Shown: in pieces, positions 10,816 to 20,127 of the stretch | How positions within the stretch are numbered: the stretch's first letter is position 1 | How the letters are laid out: each line of letters starts with the position of its first letter | Assembly: GCA_044220495.1 (NCBI GenBank) | Contig: JBGAQY010000014.1 | Span: forward strand, 1,165-65,164 | Direction of reading: 5' to 3' | Origin: Acidimicrobiales bacterium | Lineage (GTDB): Bacteria; Actinomycetota; Acidimicrobiia; Acidimicrobiales; JBBSGY01 | Length of the DNA stretch: 64,000 nt | Program-made: the position numbers and the translations under genes | Notes under the pieces: generated by a model | What the model was told of the DNA's origin: nothing | Seen by the model: the letters and a program-made list of their open reading frames with translations, nothing else | Databases searched by the model: none

Positions 10816-10873
10816 CGACGCGAAAAGACCAAAACTCAGCCCTGATAGAGCCGGAAATGGGTTTTTCGCGTCA
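10816..10873. repeat. 58-bp palindromic element, copy D
   Basis: Sequence: cgacgcgaaaagaccaaaactcagccctgatagagccggaaatgggtttttcgcgtca. The terminal arms are inverted (12/15). It lies between the convergent trpE(G) and menF. The right flank gtgaaag is shared with other copies. Confidence 0.75.
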
Positions 10874-10918
10874 GTGAAAGGCACCTGGGGTGCAGATCAG
10901 CCGAGCGTCGGCGACAAG

Positions 10919-12124
10919 TTACGGACGCACAATCGCCGAGAGCATCGCCTGCAGCTTGACTTCAGTCTCTTCGAGTTCTCGCGAAGGAATCGATGCAGCA
11001 ACGATGCCGTTGCCCGCATAAACGTGAGCGCGACTACCGGCGAGTTGTGCGCACCGAATAGCGACAGCGAAACGCCCGTCGCCATTGGCGTCGACCCAAC
11101 CAACGGCACCTGCGTAACGTCCGCGATCGAGCTCTTCGAGTTCGTCAATCAGGTCGAGCGCCTTGTTGGTTGGACGTCCTCCGACCGCAGGTGTGGGATG
11201 CAGCGCGGCGACGAGTTGCAACACGCTTGTTGGCGAAGGCAACGTGCCAGTCATCGCCGTCGCGAGATGATGCACATTCGTAAGCGAAACAACCGACGGC
11301 GACTCGGGCCAGTTCAACTCGCTGCAGAATGGCGCCAGCGTCTCTGTGATCATGTCGACCAAATACTTGTGTTCGGCCAGGTTCTTGGCCGATGCCAACA
11401 GGCCGTCGCGCAAAGCGACGTCGGCGGCAACATCGCTGCTGCGCCCAACCGTGCCCGCCATTGGCTCGGCTCGAATCGCAGTGCCTGTACGTTCGATCAA
11501 CAATTCGGGACTAGCGCCAACAAAGCCATCAATCGCATAGCGATAGGCACTCGGATAACTGCGCCGCAAGTGACGCAAGATGTCGTACTGAGAGAAATCC
11601 GCGTCGGCATCGACAAGGATCTCTCGCGCCAAAACAACCTTGTCGAGCTCGCCGCGCCCAATGCGCAACACGGCCTCTTCAACGGCTTCGCACCACTCTT
11701 TCGGCGAACGACTCGGACGCACATCGAACACGTGCGGAACGTCGAACTGCATCGGCGGTGCAAAGTCGAGATCAGGATTTTCCGCGTAATGCACAAACTC
11801 GTCGCCACTACCCGAGCGTCGCACGGTCACCTCGGGAACTTGGGCAATCACAGGCGAAGTCGAACGGAAAGGAACAGAAACAAAAGCAACGGGTGTTGCC
11901 GAACACTCATGACGCAATCCAACAAGCTGCGTCTGAATCTCATCGAGAACTGACGCCAACGACCGCTCGGAAAAATCGAGCTCTAAGCGAAGATGCTCAC
12001 CTCGTCCGGCTAGGCCGCCGTGCACGGAGTCGAAATAGACCCCGTGTTCGCCGACGACGTGCAACAAATCAACCGGTTGGCTTTCACCATAATCACCGTC
12101 GTCACGACGGTTGAGATAACTCAC
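10919..12124 (-). CDS. menF: Isochorismate synthase
   Basis: Chorismate-binding C-terminus ([20 protein letters not shown]). GTG 12124 gives a GTGA overlap with the msrB stop. The track start at 12244 would overlap msrB. Confidence 0.8.
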   Translation of the reverse strand: MSYLNRRDDGDYGESQPVDLLHVVGEHGVYFDSVHGGLAGRGEHLRLELDFSERSLASVLDEIQTQLVGLRHECSATPVAFVSVPFRSTSPVIAQVPEVTVRRSGSGDEFVHYAENPDLDFAPPMQFDVPHVFDVRPSRSPKEWCEAVEEAVLRIGRGELDKVVLAREILVDADADFSQYDILRHLRRSYPSAYRYAIDGFVGASPELLIERTGTAIRAEPMAGTVGRSSDVAADVALRDGLLASAKNLAEHKYLVDMITETLAPFCSELNWPESPSVVSLTNVHHLATAMTGTLPSPTSVLQLVAALHPTPAVGGRPTNKALDLIDELEELDRGRYAGAVGWVDANGDGRFAVAIRCAQLAGSRAHVYAGNGIVAASIPSRELEETEVKLQAMLSAIVRP

Positions 12125-12588
12125 GCGTTGTTTATCGGGAACTTGTCGACGCCCTCGAAGTCGAGGGAAACGGAGTTGATGCAATACCTGAGCCCCGTAG
12201 GAGCGGGCCCGTCGTTGAAGACGTGACCCAAGTGGCCGCCGCAATTCTTGCAGACCACCTCAGTGCGCTCCATGAAGTGACTCTTGTCTCGCCGTAGTTC
12301 GACGTTGTCAGAGTTCATCACGTCGGTGAAACTCGGCCAGCCGCTACCGCTCTCAAACTTTGTGTCGGATGAAAACAGCTCGGCCTTGCACGCGGCACAT
12401 CGGTAAACACCATCGTCGTGGTTGTCTAAGTACTTGCCGGTGAAGGGACGTTCGGTGCCCTTCTGCCGGAGAACTTGGTATTGCTCAGGGGTCAGCGCTG
12501 CCCGCCAGTGCTCGTCGCTCTCGGCCTCTGGGGCTTCGGCGACACCGTCGGTGTTGCGTTCGTCAGTCACGCTGCGTCTCCACTTCAT
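12121..12588 (-). CDS. msrB: Peptide-methionine (R)-S-oxide reductase MsrB
   Basis: Motifs [14 protein letters not shown] and [12 protein letters not shown] (two CxxC pairs). The start was trimmed to ATG 12588 and is uncertain. Confidence 0.9.
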   Translation of the reverse strand: MKWRRSVTDERNTDGVAEAPEAESDEHWRAALTPEQYQVLRQKGTERPFTGKYLDNHDDGVYRCAACKAELFSSDTKFESGSGWPSFTDVMNSDNVELRRDKSHFMERTEVVCKNCGGHLGHVFNDGPAPTGLRYCINSVSLDFEGVDKFPINNA

Positions 12589-12695
12589 AAGTTCATATTT
12601 GCCTGATCTGGCTCTTGAGGCAACCATCGGCGGCGCTGTGATTGTTCCCTTCGTTCCGCTCTTTTGGGCCCAATTCGTGTAAGGCTGAGGCCAAC

Positions 12696-13790
12696 ATGAC
12701 AAACAAGCCCTCAAGAAGAGGAACTGGGTTTCCTGAGATCGACGACAAGCTGGTCGAGCTGCTCGACGAACTCGCCGTCACCCAAGATCGAGACCAGCTC
12801 TACGAGATATTCGCAACCGTTGCCCAGATGGCTAAAGACGGCGTTGACCGTCTCAATCTCAAGATCACCAATGCCGCTGTGCGCGAGATGCGCAACGGCT
12901 TCAAAGTCTTTGAACCCTACGCAGATCACCCCAAGGTGACCATGTTCGGCTCAGCGCGCACGTTGCCCACCGATCCTCTCTACGAGCAAGCGCGCCACAC
13001 CGCTCACCTGCTCGCTGAGCAAGGATGGATGGTCGTAACTGGCGCGGGCCCAGGCATCATGGCCGCCGGGCTTGAAGGTGCCGGCCCCGACAATTCGATG
13101 GGCATCAATATCCGTCTGCCGTTCGAGCAGTCAGCCAACGAGTTCATAGCGTCTGACCCAAAGCTCGTGACGATGAAGTACTTCTTCACGCGCAAGCTCT
13201 TGCTTATTAAAGAGTCAGACGGATTCATCGTGTTGCCTGGCGGTTACGGCACGCTCGACGAAGCATTTGAACTGTTGACGCTCGTGCAAACCGGTAAGGC
13301 TGAACCAACCCCAATTGTCTTGCTGGAAGTTCCCGGCGGCACTTATTGGCAAGGCTGGAAAGACTTCATCGAGAATCAAGTGGTCGGTCACGGGCTCGTT
13401 TCACCTCGCGACGACGTGTTGTTCAAGATCACTGACTCTGCTGACGCAGCGACAGAAGAAATCCTCGGCTTCTATCGCAACTATCACTCACGTCGATATG
13501 TCGGTGATCATCTCGTGATGCGTTTGCGCACTCGTCCAACTGACGCCGAAGTACGCATGCTCGACAGTGACTTCCGCGACATCTGCGCGCGCGACGGCAT
13601 CAGCCGCACCGACGCACTGCCTGCCGAAGTGCATGACAACGACGAGCTCGACAAGTCGCGCATCAGCTTTGTGTTCGACCGCACGCAACACGGACGCCTG
13701 CGCGAGCTAATCAACGCCGTGAATTCACTCGACAGTGCACCCAAAGAGCGACCACCGGCTCGTCACTACGTCGAGCCCGCTTCTGGTTAG
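12696..13790 (+). CDS. LOG / TIGR00730-family nucleotide 5'-monophosphate nucleosidase-like protein with N- and C-terminal extensions
   Basis: Motifs GAGPGIMAA and [12 protein letters not shown] 12696 is preceded by GAGG 5 nt upstream. Confidence 0.75.
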   Translation: MTNKPSRRGTGFPEIDDKLVELLDELAVTQDRDQLYEIFATVAQMAKDGVDRLNLKITNAAVREMRNGFKVFEPYADHPKVTMFGSARTLPTDPLYEQARHTAHLLAEQGWMVVTGAGPGIMAAGLEGAGPDNSMGINIRLPFEQSANEFIASDPKLVTMKYFFTRKLLLIKESDGFIVLPGGYGTLDEAFELLTLVQTGKAEPTPIVLLEVPGGTYWQGWKDFIENQVVGHGLVSPRDDVLFKITDSADAATEEILGFYRNYHSRRYVGDHLVMRLRTRPTDAEVRMLDSDFRDICARDGISRTDALPAEVHDNDELDKSRISFVFDRTQHGRLRELINAVNSLDSAPKERPPARHYVEPASG

Positions 13791-14569
13791 TAGTTCGCCA
13801 GTCCGTTCCAGCGACGGTCGGGGCGCATGCTGGGCGGAAGTCGCGTGAGGATTTGAAAGGCGAGCAGCGAACGCCAGCGGCCTTTCCGCCACACAAAGAA
13901 CCAATGGCCGCAAAGCCAGATGCCGAACGCAATGGCGAGACGTGCCGCTGTTACTACGGGCGGTACATCCGTGAGAAACGCAGCAGTAATGCTGAGAAGT
14001 GCAGTCAACCATCCGCATAGTCGCAGCGCGAGCGAGCCGAACTTCCACGCCATCAGTAACCAAAACACGAGCCAAAACGCGTCGCCGTTCGACACACCAG
14101 GGATGACACTGAGACCGACCATCAGCGCCGTGATCACCCACAGCAGCAAGAACAGAACGAGCAAGAACCGCGCGACGCGGAAAGGCATACTCCATGTCAT
14201 CGGCAGGTAGCCCTTGGCTCGACGGCCACTGTTGGGGATGTGATACCCGGGCGATTCGGCCGGATCGTTGCGATAAGGAATGTCGTCGTTGAAGACGTCT
14301 TGATCGGCGACCGGTGGCGTTCCGCCTGGAGGAGTTATGTCGAGCCGCTGCGGTCGCGGCCCGTTTAGTTCGGCGTCGTAAGCAGCACGCTGTGTCGGAC
14401 TCGACAACACCTCATATGCATGGTCGAGCAGCCCGAATAATGCCGCATTTCCACCGTGGTCGGGATGGTTGCGCATGACCTGCTGGCGATAAGCCGACTT
14501 GATCTCATCTTGAGAGGCGGTGCGCGACACACCGAGCAATTCATAATGAGTGGGCGCCGCATTTCTCAT
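13787..14569 (-). CDS. J-domain (DnaJ-like) membrane protein
   Basis: N-terminal J domain (YELLGVSRTASQDEIKSAYRQQVMRNHPDHGG, HPD motif present). The C-terminal half has 3-4 hydrophobic helices. Confidence 0.7.
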   Translation of the reverse strand: MRNAAPTHYELLGVSRTASQDEIKSAYRQQVMRNHPDHGGNAALFGLLDHAYEVLSSPTQRAAYDAELNGPRPQRLDITPPGGTPPVADQDVFNDDIPYRNDPAESPGYHIPNSGRRAKGYLPMTWSMPFRVARFLLVLFLLLWVITALMVGLSVIPGVSNGDAFWLVFWLLMAWKFGSLALRLCGWLTALLSITAAFLTDVPPVVTAARLAIAFGIWLCGHWFFVWRKGRWRSLLAFQILTRLPPSMRPDRRWNGLANY

Positions 14570-14673
14570 TTCTCGACGATTCTATGACCGATTCGCATCA
14601 TGAGACGTGACAAAAATCACTTCGTAATCACTCTGTCCTCAAGGCGGCAACAGAAACACCCGACGCCTTTTAT

Positions 14674-15261
14674 GTGAACAGTTTCAGCTCCAGCTGCCCA
14701 ACTTGTGCGCTGCCCAATTCCGAGGGGCATGGCAACTGCGCGTTCTGTGGCGCCGAGCTGCTTCGTGCTGCGCCTTTGCTGGCGCGCATGACACGCACGG
14801 CCGACGCCTTCGTGCTCGTGAGCGGTGAACGCATGCTTGCCTATGCGCAACTGGCCGACGGGACTTGGAAGCTGGCCCCCCAGGGCGGCCAGACGTTCAC
14901 CATGGTCACCCTCCGTCGAGAAGACGACGTTGAAGTCGTTTTGCTCGACGCCAGCCTCAGCGTCGTTGCCAGCTTTCGCCAGGCCAGCGATGCGCGATCG
15001 ACTGCAACGGTGGTCTGTGACGCCGCTGACGCCCTTGTAGCTGTCGTCAGGGCTGACGGCATGGGCGGACTGCACGCCATCGACACAAAAGGCAACGTGC
15101 TGATGTTTGCCGGCCGCAGCCGCACCTCGGAAGCGACCCTCGATCTGCTCCTCACCGACACGGGCGTAGCAACGCCCATCATCAGCCTGTTTGCCCTGGC
15201 TGTGGCCCTCGAAGCGGAACAGCTAGGTCCGCTCCACCGTCGCTCTAGCGACCACCTCTAG
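14674..15261 (+). CDS. Hypothetical protein with N-terminal zinc-ribbon (CPTC...CAFC)
   Basis: 195-aa ORF with coding-like composition. No family recognised. Confidence 0.5.
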   Translation: MNSFSSSCPTCALPNSEGHGNCAFCGAELLRAAPLLARMTRTADAFVLVSGERMLAYAQLADGTWKLAPQGGQTFTMVTLRREDDVEVVLLDASLSVVASFRQASDARSTATVVCDAADALVAVVRADGMGGLHAIDTKGNVLMFAGRSRTSEATLDLLLTDTGVATPIISLFALAVALEAEQLGPLHRRSSDHL

Positions 15262-15357
15262 CCTCCCTGCCGTCTCGGTTGGCAGCACAGCGGTCTGAGC
15301 ACAGCCGACTGCACCCGAGCCCACCCCTGCCAGCGCCAGCCAGTGTTGCCCTTTCAC

Positions 15358-15415
15358 CTACGCGATATGGGCAGATTTAGCCCTCAAACCGGCACTTTTT
15401 GTCTTTTTCGCGTGG
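15358..15415. repeat. 58-bp palindromic element, copy A (degenerate)
   Basis: Sequence: ctacgcgatatgggcagatttagccctcaaaccggcactttttgtctttttcgcgtgg. The left flank ctttcac is identical to copy C. It lies in a 309-nt convergent intergenic gap. Confidence 0.7.
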
Positions 15416-15570
15416 TTGAGTTGTTGCCAACTTCGCCGTCACCGCCGTACACCCATCACTTCACACCGCCGCCATCGGTTACGCCGCAACCGAACGTGGA
15501 AACACACCTTGCCGGTTGCACAGTTGGGGCGGACGTAGACCCAGCAGATGCCTTGCCTCGCGGAGTCGAA

Positions 15571-15795
15571 CTAGAAGTCGTCGGCTTCGGCCGAGGAACC
15601 ACCGGCGGGCCGCAGCAGATTTGACGCCTTGTCGATCGAGCGGCGGGCTCGGGTAATCAGCTTTTCTTCTTTGGCCGGAGCCTCATCGCCGCTCGCTAAG
15701 GCCTCGCGCAGGCGATCCATCGCAATATCGCCCAGCTCTTCGCTGATCGCGTCGAGGCGAGCCGCTATTTCTTCGAGATCAGCCACTGTGGTCAA
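15571..15795 (-). CDS. Small acidic hypothetical protein (74 aa)
   Basis: ORF with helical, coding-like sequence (DLEEIAARLDAISEELGDIAMDRLREAL). No family recognised. Confidence 0.5.
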   Translation of the reverse strand: MTTVADLEEIAARLDAISEELGDIAMDRLREALASGDEAPAKEEKLITRARRSIDKASNLLRPAGGSSAEADDF

Positions 15796-15856
15796 CCAGG
15801 TTCAGACGGCCACTGGCGAGCCACCGTCTGCGCATCATCTAACGATCATCTAGGGC

Positions 15857-16036
15857 TCAGCTACGTGAGGGAGCGTCGCTGGTGTCTTCGTCAAGCGGAT
15901 CTTCGCCCGCCAGACACCACGATGCGTGATCGTCTTCGGGATCAGCACCACACTCCGCGCACGGCTCAGTTGTAACTTCCGGTGACCGCTTCAGGGCCCG
16001 AGCTTCTTCGAACCGGCGGTGGCGCCCCTTCTTCAC
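15857..16036 (-). CDS. Candidate small protein (59 aa, below the ORF-track cutoff)
   Basis: GTG start with GGGGAG 8 nt upstream. My translation: VKKGRHRRFEEARALKRSPEVTTEPCAECGADPEDDHASWCLAGEDPLDEDTSDAPSRS. It contains a CxxC...H..C pattern. Confidence 0.35.
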   Translation of the reverse strand: MKKGRHRRFEEARALKRSPEVTTEPCAECGADPEDDHASWCLAGEDPLDEDTSDAPSRS

Positions 16037-16131
16037 TTAAAACTCCCCTGCCGTGCAGCTAGCCAGACGTGGCAGCATATCGTCACCCTTCTTCACGTGA
16101 GCGCCACTTTCGCTCACAAATCTGGAACAAC

Positions 16132-16653
16132 TCATCCGCCGTAATTCATCCGGGTGTCTTCCATTCTCAATACCAGCGTATCTTCCGGTCTACTGAACCC
16201 GGCTGCGACGACTTCGCCGATAAACAGACTGTGGTCGCCAACGTCCACCGTCTGTCGCAACTCGCAGTCGAGATAGGCGGCTGCCAGGTCGAGAACGGGG
16301 GCTCCCGTGGCCTCTGCGTGGAATTGGAAGCCGTTTAGCGTCGAGTTTGCGGCGTCGTATTCGGCCGGCTTTACAAACTTGCGTACGACGGCTCGCTCTT
16401 CTCTGGGGATGATGTTGAGAGCAAAGGCCTGGTCGTCGTCGATCAGCTGGTGCGTAAGAGCCGTCTTGCTGACGGCGATGCCTAGCTGTTTGGGGGTGCT
16501 CGAAACCTGGGTGGCCCAATTGAGCGACATGGCGTTTTTGCGTTCGCCGGTACCGCTTCCCACTAGGTAGAGGCCAGACGGCATCGACCAAAACACGCGT
16601 CGCCTCAGACGGTCGTAGGCATCATCGGAATCGTCGCCACTAGGTGAGCCCAT
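16132..16653 (-). CDS. Flavin reductase-like (FMN-binding split-barrel) protein
   Basis: 173 aa. PSGLYLVGS...NAMSLNWATQVS is typical of the flavin reductase domain. The start overlaps the pheT stop by 1 nt. Confidence 0.8.
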   Translation of the reverse strand: MGSPSGDDSDDAYDRLRRRVFWSMPSGLYLVGSGTGERKNAMSLNWATQVSSTPKQLGIAVSKTALTHQLIDDDQAFALNIIPREERAVVRKFVKPAEYDAANSTLNGFQFHAEATGAPVLDLAAAYLDCELRQTVDVGDHSLFIGEVVAAGFSRPEDTLVLRMEDTRMNYGG

Positions 16654-19037
16654 CAGGACCGCAGGCTCGCGCCGTGAGTTGCCTCGACCGCGGCGATTGC
16701 TCTGGCTCGCACGTCGGTGACTTCTGACTCGCTCAGCGTGTGATCAAGGGCCGCCACTCGCAACGCGTAGGCAAGACTGCGCGCACCTTCGTTCGACTGC
16801 GCACCCCTGAAAACGTCGAAGAGCTTGACGCTCTCCAAGATGTCACCCGCCGACGCACGCAAGGTGTCCTCGACCGCCGCGGCAGAAACGGCATTGTCGA
16901 CGATGAACGCCAGGTCGAACTCAGCGGCTGGGTAACGACTAACCGGTTTCATTTGCGGAGACTCTTCGACCAGCGCAAGTGCCGCAGCAAGGTCGAGCTG
17001 CAACCATCCGACGCGACGATTGATCTCGAAACGGCCACAGACAGTCGGGTCGACCTCGCCGACGTGACCAATCAGCTGGTTGTCGGGGCCGTGAATCGCT
17101 GCCGTTCTCGTTGGGTGCAATCCGTCAAGAGTCAGTGGCTGCAGCGATGTGCCTCGCAGCTTCATTCCGTCAATCACGGCCGACCACAAGCGCGATGCAC
17201 TACGAGCGTCGTCGTCTTCGTTCGCCAAAGCAACGGCGAGGTATTCGCGTTCGTCGGGCAACAGCGCGCCTTCCGATGGAAGCCCGAATGAACGTCCGAC
17301 TTCAAAGAAGCGTACGCCTTGATTACGTCGAGTCAGGTTGAACGCGACTGCCTTCAGCAAACCAGGCAAGAACGACGTTCTGAGTTTCGATTCTTCGCGC
17401 AACAGTGGGTTGGTCAACATCACGGCATCTTCGGGTAGTCCGGCACGCTCCAGATCACCGGGGCTAAGCAACGGTGACGTCCACGCTTCGGTGAGCCCCA
17501 AGCCAGTAAGTAAGTCTTCAATTGCGCGGCGATTGTGTTGATATGGCGACAATCCGCCGACGTGCGGAGAGGTTGAAACGCGTCGGGCGATGTTGTCATA
17601 GCCATACATGCGAGCGATCTCTTCGATCACATCGATCTCGCGTTCACTATCCGAGCGGAACGACGGAATGAGAACTTCACTCACACCAGGCTCGATCAGG
17701 TTCACCACAAATCCGATGGGTTCGATGTATTGCGCGACTTGCTCGTCAGTTAGGTCGGTGCCCAACACTGCGTTGACGCGCGCTGTGCGCACGCGTACGC
17801 GCTCGGCATTGCTCGGCCACGTCTGGGTCGCATTGTGATCAATGACTCCCCTGGCAATTTTTGCGGTTGGATTCGACAGCAAGAGTATTTCGGCAATGCG
17901 CGATTGAGCCCGCAAAATGCCTTCACGATCAATGCGCTTTTCAAATCGTGCACTTGCCTCGGTGCGCAAAGCGAGTTGACGCGATGTCTTGTTGATCGCG
18001 TATGGATCCCACATAGCTGCCTCAGACAAGACCGACGTCGTGTCGGGCCCAATCTCCGAAATAGCGCCGCCCATGATGCCGGCGACCGACGTGACTTTGT
18101 CGTCGCCGTCACACACAACGCCCGCATCGGCGGGCAACGCGCGTTCTGACCCATCGAGAGTCTCGATGCTTTCGTTGCCCGTTGTCTTGCGGATGCGCAA
18201 GGTGTTCTTGGCCACGCGATCTAAATCAAACGGATGTGACGGTTGACCCAGTTCGAGCATCACGTAGTTCGACGCGTCAACAACATTGTTGATCGGACGC
18301 ATACCAGCCAACGTCAGGCGACGTGCAATCAATTCAGGTGACGGGCCAATGTGCACGCCAGTGATTACGCGGATCGTGAAGCGCGGACACAGCACACTGT
18401 CTTCCACAACCAGGGTGGCGAGATCTTCAACCAAGGTGTCTGATTCGTTTATCTGCGGCTCAGGAATGCTGAACGGCAACTTGAGTTTGCCGGCAAGGTC
18501 TCGAGCGATACCCGCGATGCACATCGCGTCAGGCCGATTGCCTTCGATGTCGAGATCAAACACAACATCACGCTCGATCTTCATCGCTTCGCTGAAGGAA
18601 GCACCGACCGTTAGGTCATTCGGCAACACCATGATTCCGCTTGCACGCTCACTGGCAAGGCCAAGTTCGTCGGCAGAACAGATCATTCCGTTTGACCATT
18701 CACCCCGCAGCTTGCGTCGTGCAATTTCGAAATCACCCGGCAACACAGTGCCGATAGTTGCCACAGGCACAAGTTGTCCGGCCGCCAAGTTGGCGGCACC
18801 GCAGGCAATCTGCAGCGGCTGACCGTCGCCAAGATCGACATCGGCAAGACGAACCTTGTCAGCGTCGGGATGTGCGCGCACTTCAAGCACACGCGCGACT
18901 ACGACACCATCGAGACCTCCGCCAATTTCTTGTACGCCGTCGACGACAAGACCGAGCTCGTTGAACGTGTCGGTAAGAAACTTTGTGTCGCCTTCGAGAG
19001 GCGTGAAATCGCGAAGCCAAGAAAGAGGTACGAGCAC
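16653..19037 (-). CDS. pheT: Phenylalanine--tRNA ligase beta subunit
   Basis: 794 aa with tRNA-binding, B3/4, B5 and FDX-ACB domain order. Immediately downstream of pheS. Confidence 0.96.
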   Translation of the reverse strand: MLVPLSWLRDFTPLEGDTKFLTDTFNELGLVVDGVQEIGGGLDGVVVARVLEVRAHPDADKVRLADVDLGDGQPLQIACGAANLAAGQLVPVATIGTVLPGDFEIARRKLRGEWSNGMICSADELGLASERASGIMVLPNDLTVGASFSEAMKIERDVVFDLDIEGNRPDAMCIAGIARDLAGKLKLPFSIPEPQINESDTLVEDLATLVVEDSVLCPRFTIRVITGVHIGPSPELIARRLTLAGMRPINNVVDASNYVMLELGQPSHPFDLDRVAKNTLRIRKTTGNESIETLDGSERALPADAGVVCDGDDKVTSVAGIMGGAISEIGPDTTSVLSEAAMWDPYAINKTSRQLALRTEASARFEKRIDREGILRAQSRIAEILLLSNPTAKIARGVIDHNATQTWPSNAERVRVRTARVNAVLGTDLTDEQVAQYIEPIGFVVNLIEPGVSEVLIPSFRSDSEREIDVIEEIARMYGYDNIARRVSTSPHVGGLSPYQHNRRAIEDLLTGLGLTEAWTSPLLSPGDLERAGLPEDAVMLTNPLLREESKLRTSFLPGLLKAVAFNLTRRNQGVRFFEVGRSFGLPSEGALLPDEREYLAVALANEDDDARSASRLWSAVIDGMKLRGTSLQPLTLDGLHPTRTAAIHGPDNQLIGHVGEVDPTVCGRFEINRRVGWLQLDLAAALALVEESPQMKPVSRYPAAEFDLAFIVDNAVSAAAVEDTLRASAGDILESVKLFDVFRGAQSNEGARSLAYALRVAALDHTLSESEVTDVRARAIAAVEATHGASLRS

Positions 19038-19052
19038 TGAATATCCGTTCGG

Positions 19053-20093
19053 TTAGAACTGCGAGAGAAAGCGAATGTCGTTGTCAGAAAGAATGCGCAT
19101 GTCGTCGAGGTTGTGGCGCAGCTGCGCACAACGCTCGATGCCAAAGCCAAAAGCAAACCCGGTGTATTCCTCGGGATCGATGCCAACAGCCTTGAACACG
19201 TTGGGGTCGACCATTCCGCAACCACCGAGTTCTATCCACCCGGTGTGACTGCAGGTGCGACAACCGTCGCCGTTGCAGAAGAAGCAGACGACTTCAAACT
19301 CGGCTGACGGTTCGGTGAAAGGAAAGAAACCAGGGCGTAGACGCGCCGTAATGCCGGGGCCGAAATACGCCTGAGTAAACGTGTCGATGCACCCAGCAAG
19401 GTCACCAAAGGTGATGCCTTTGTCTACAACGAGACCTTCGATCTGATGGAAGACAGCCATGTGTCGAGCGTCAGCCGTCTCGCGTCTGTATGTCTGGCCC
19501 GGCGACACTACATAGATCGGCGGCTCATGGGTTTCCATAGTGCGCACTTGCACGGGTGAGGTGTGAGTGCGCAACACAACTGATTCGGGCTCACCTAGTT
19601 CGACGTGGAAGGTGTCCCAAGAGCTGCGCGCAGGATGCCCAGGAGGAAAGTTGAGCGCCTCGAAGTTGTACCAATCAGTTTCAACTTCGGGCCCCTCGGC
19701 GATCGAGAAACCCATGCCAATGAATACGTCTTCAAGCGCCCGCTGTGTTTGCTTGACGACATGGATGGTGCCTGGCGTAGGCGCCCCCAACACTTCGGTT
19801 AGATCCAAACGTTCGGCCTCGAGTTGAGCGAGACGCGCAGAGGCTTCGAGCTCGACGCGACGAGCAGCGGCGGCCTGCTGCAGTTGCTGGCGAACGGCGT
19901 TGACCTTGGCCCCCACGGTCTTCTTCATGTCGACGTCTAGGCTGCCGAGAGACTTGCCGATCTGACCCAACTCACTGTCTTTCGAAAACGCCGCAGCCTC
20001 GCGGTCACGAAGGTCGTCTAGCGAAGTGGCGGCACTCAGCTCACTGGTGTGTCGCTGAGCAAGGGATTCGAGGTCAGAGATGGTGTCGCTCAT
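19053..20093 (-). CDS. pheS: Phenylalanine--tRNA ligase alpha subunit
   Basis: 346 aa. Class II motifs (FPPGHPAR, FRRETADARH, GFAFGFGIER). Confidence 0.96.
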   Translation of the reverse strand: MSDTISDLESLAQRHTSELSAATSLDDLRDREAAAFSKDSELGQIGKSLGSLDVDMKKTVGAKVNAVRQQLQQAAAARRVELEASARLAQLEAERLDLTEVLGAPTPGTIHVVKQTQRALEDVFIGMGFSIAEGPEVETDWYNFEALNFPPGHPARSSWDTFHVELGEPESVVLRTHTSPVQVRTMETHEPPIYVVSPGQTYRRETADARHMAVFHQIEGLVVDKGITFGDLAGCIDTFTQAYFGPGITARLRPGFFPFTEPSAEFEVVCFFCNGDGCRTCSHTGWIELGGCGMVDPNVFKAVGIDPEEYTGFAFGFGIERCAQLRHNLDDMRILSDNDIRFLSQF

Positions 20094-20127
20094 GGCCCCA
20101 TCAGCCTAAAACGAATCGAAGGGCCAC

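Noticed and set aside
10874-11953. 359-aa + strand ORF, and similar long ORFs at 34671-35780, 41146-42297, 884-1765, 5780-6460, 51849-52688, 52049-52930 and 58838-59554
   Set aside because: Each lies antisense to, or out of frame with, a gene with unmistakable homology (menF, metK, carB, tkt, zwf, mltG and others). Their products are Arg/Ser/Cys-rich shadows of the kind typical in high-GC DNA.
13787-13790. Convergent LOG-family and J-domain genes overlap by their stop codons (TTAG)
   Set aside because: The observation is real but trivial. It only indicates that there is no room for a terminator between the two genes.
15343-15624. 93-aa + strand ORF in the 15262-15570 gap
   Set aside because: It starts inside the flank of palindromic element copy A, reads through the repeat, and overlaps the 3' end of the 15571-15795 gene on the other strand. 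Its Pro-rich product looks non-genic.
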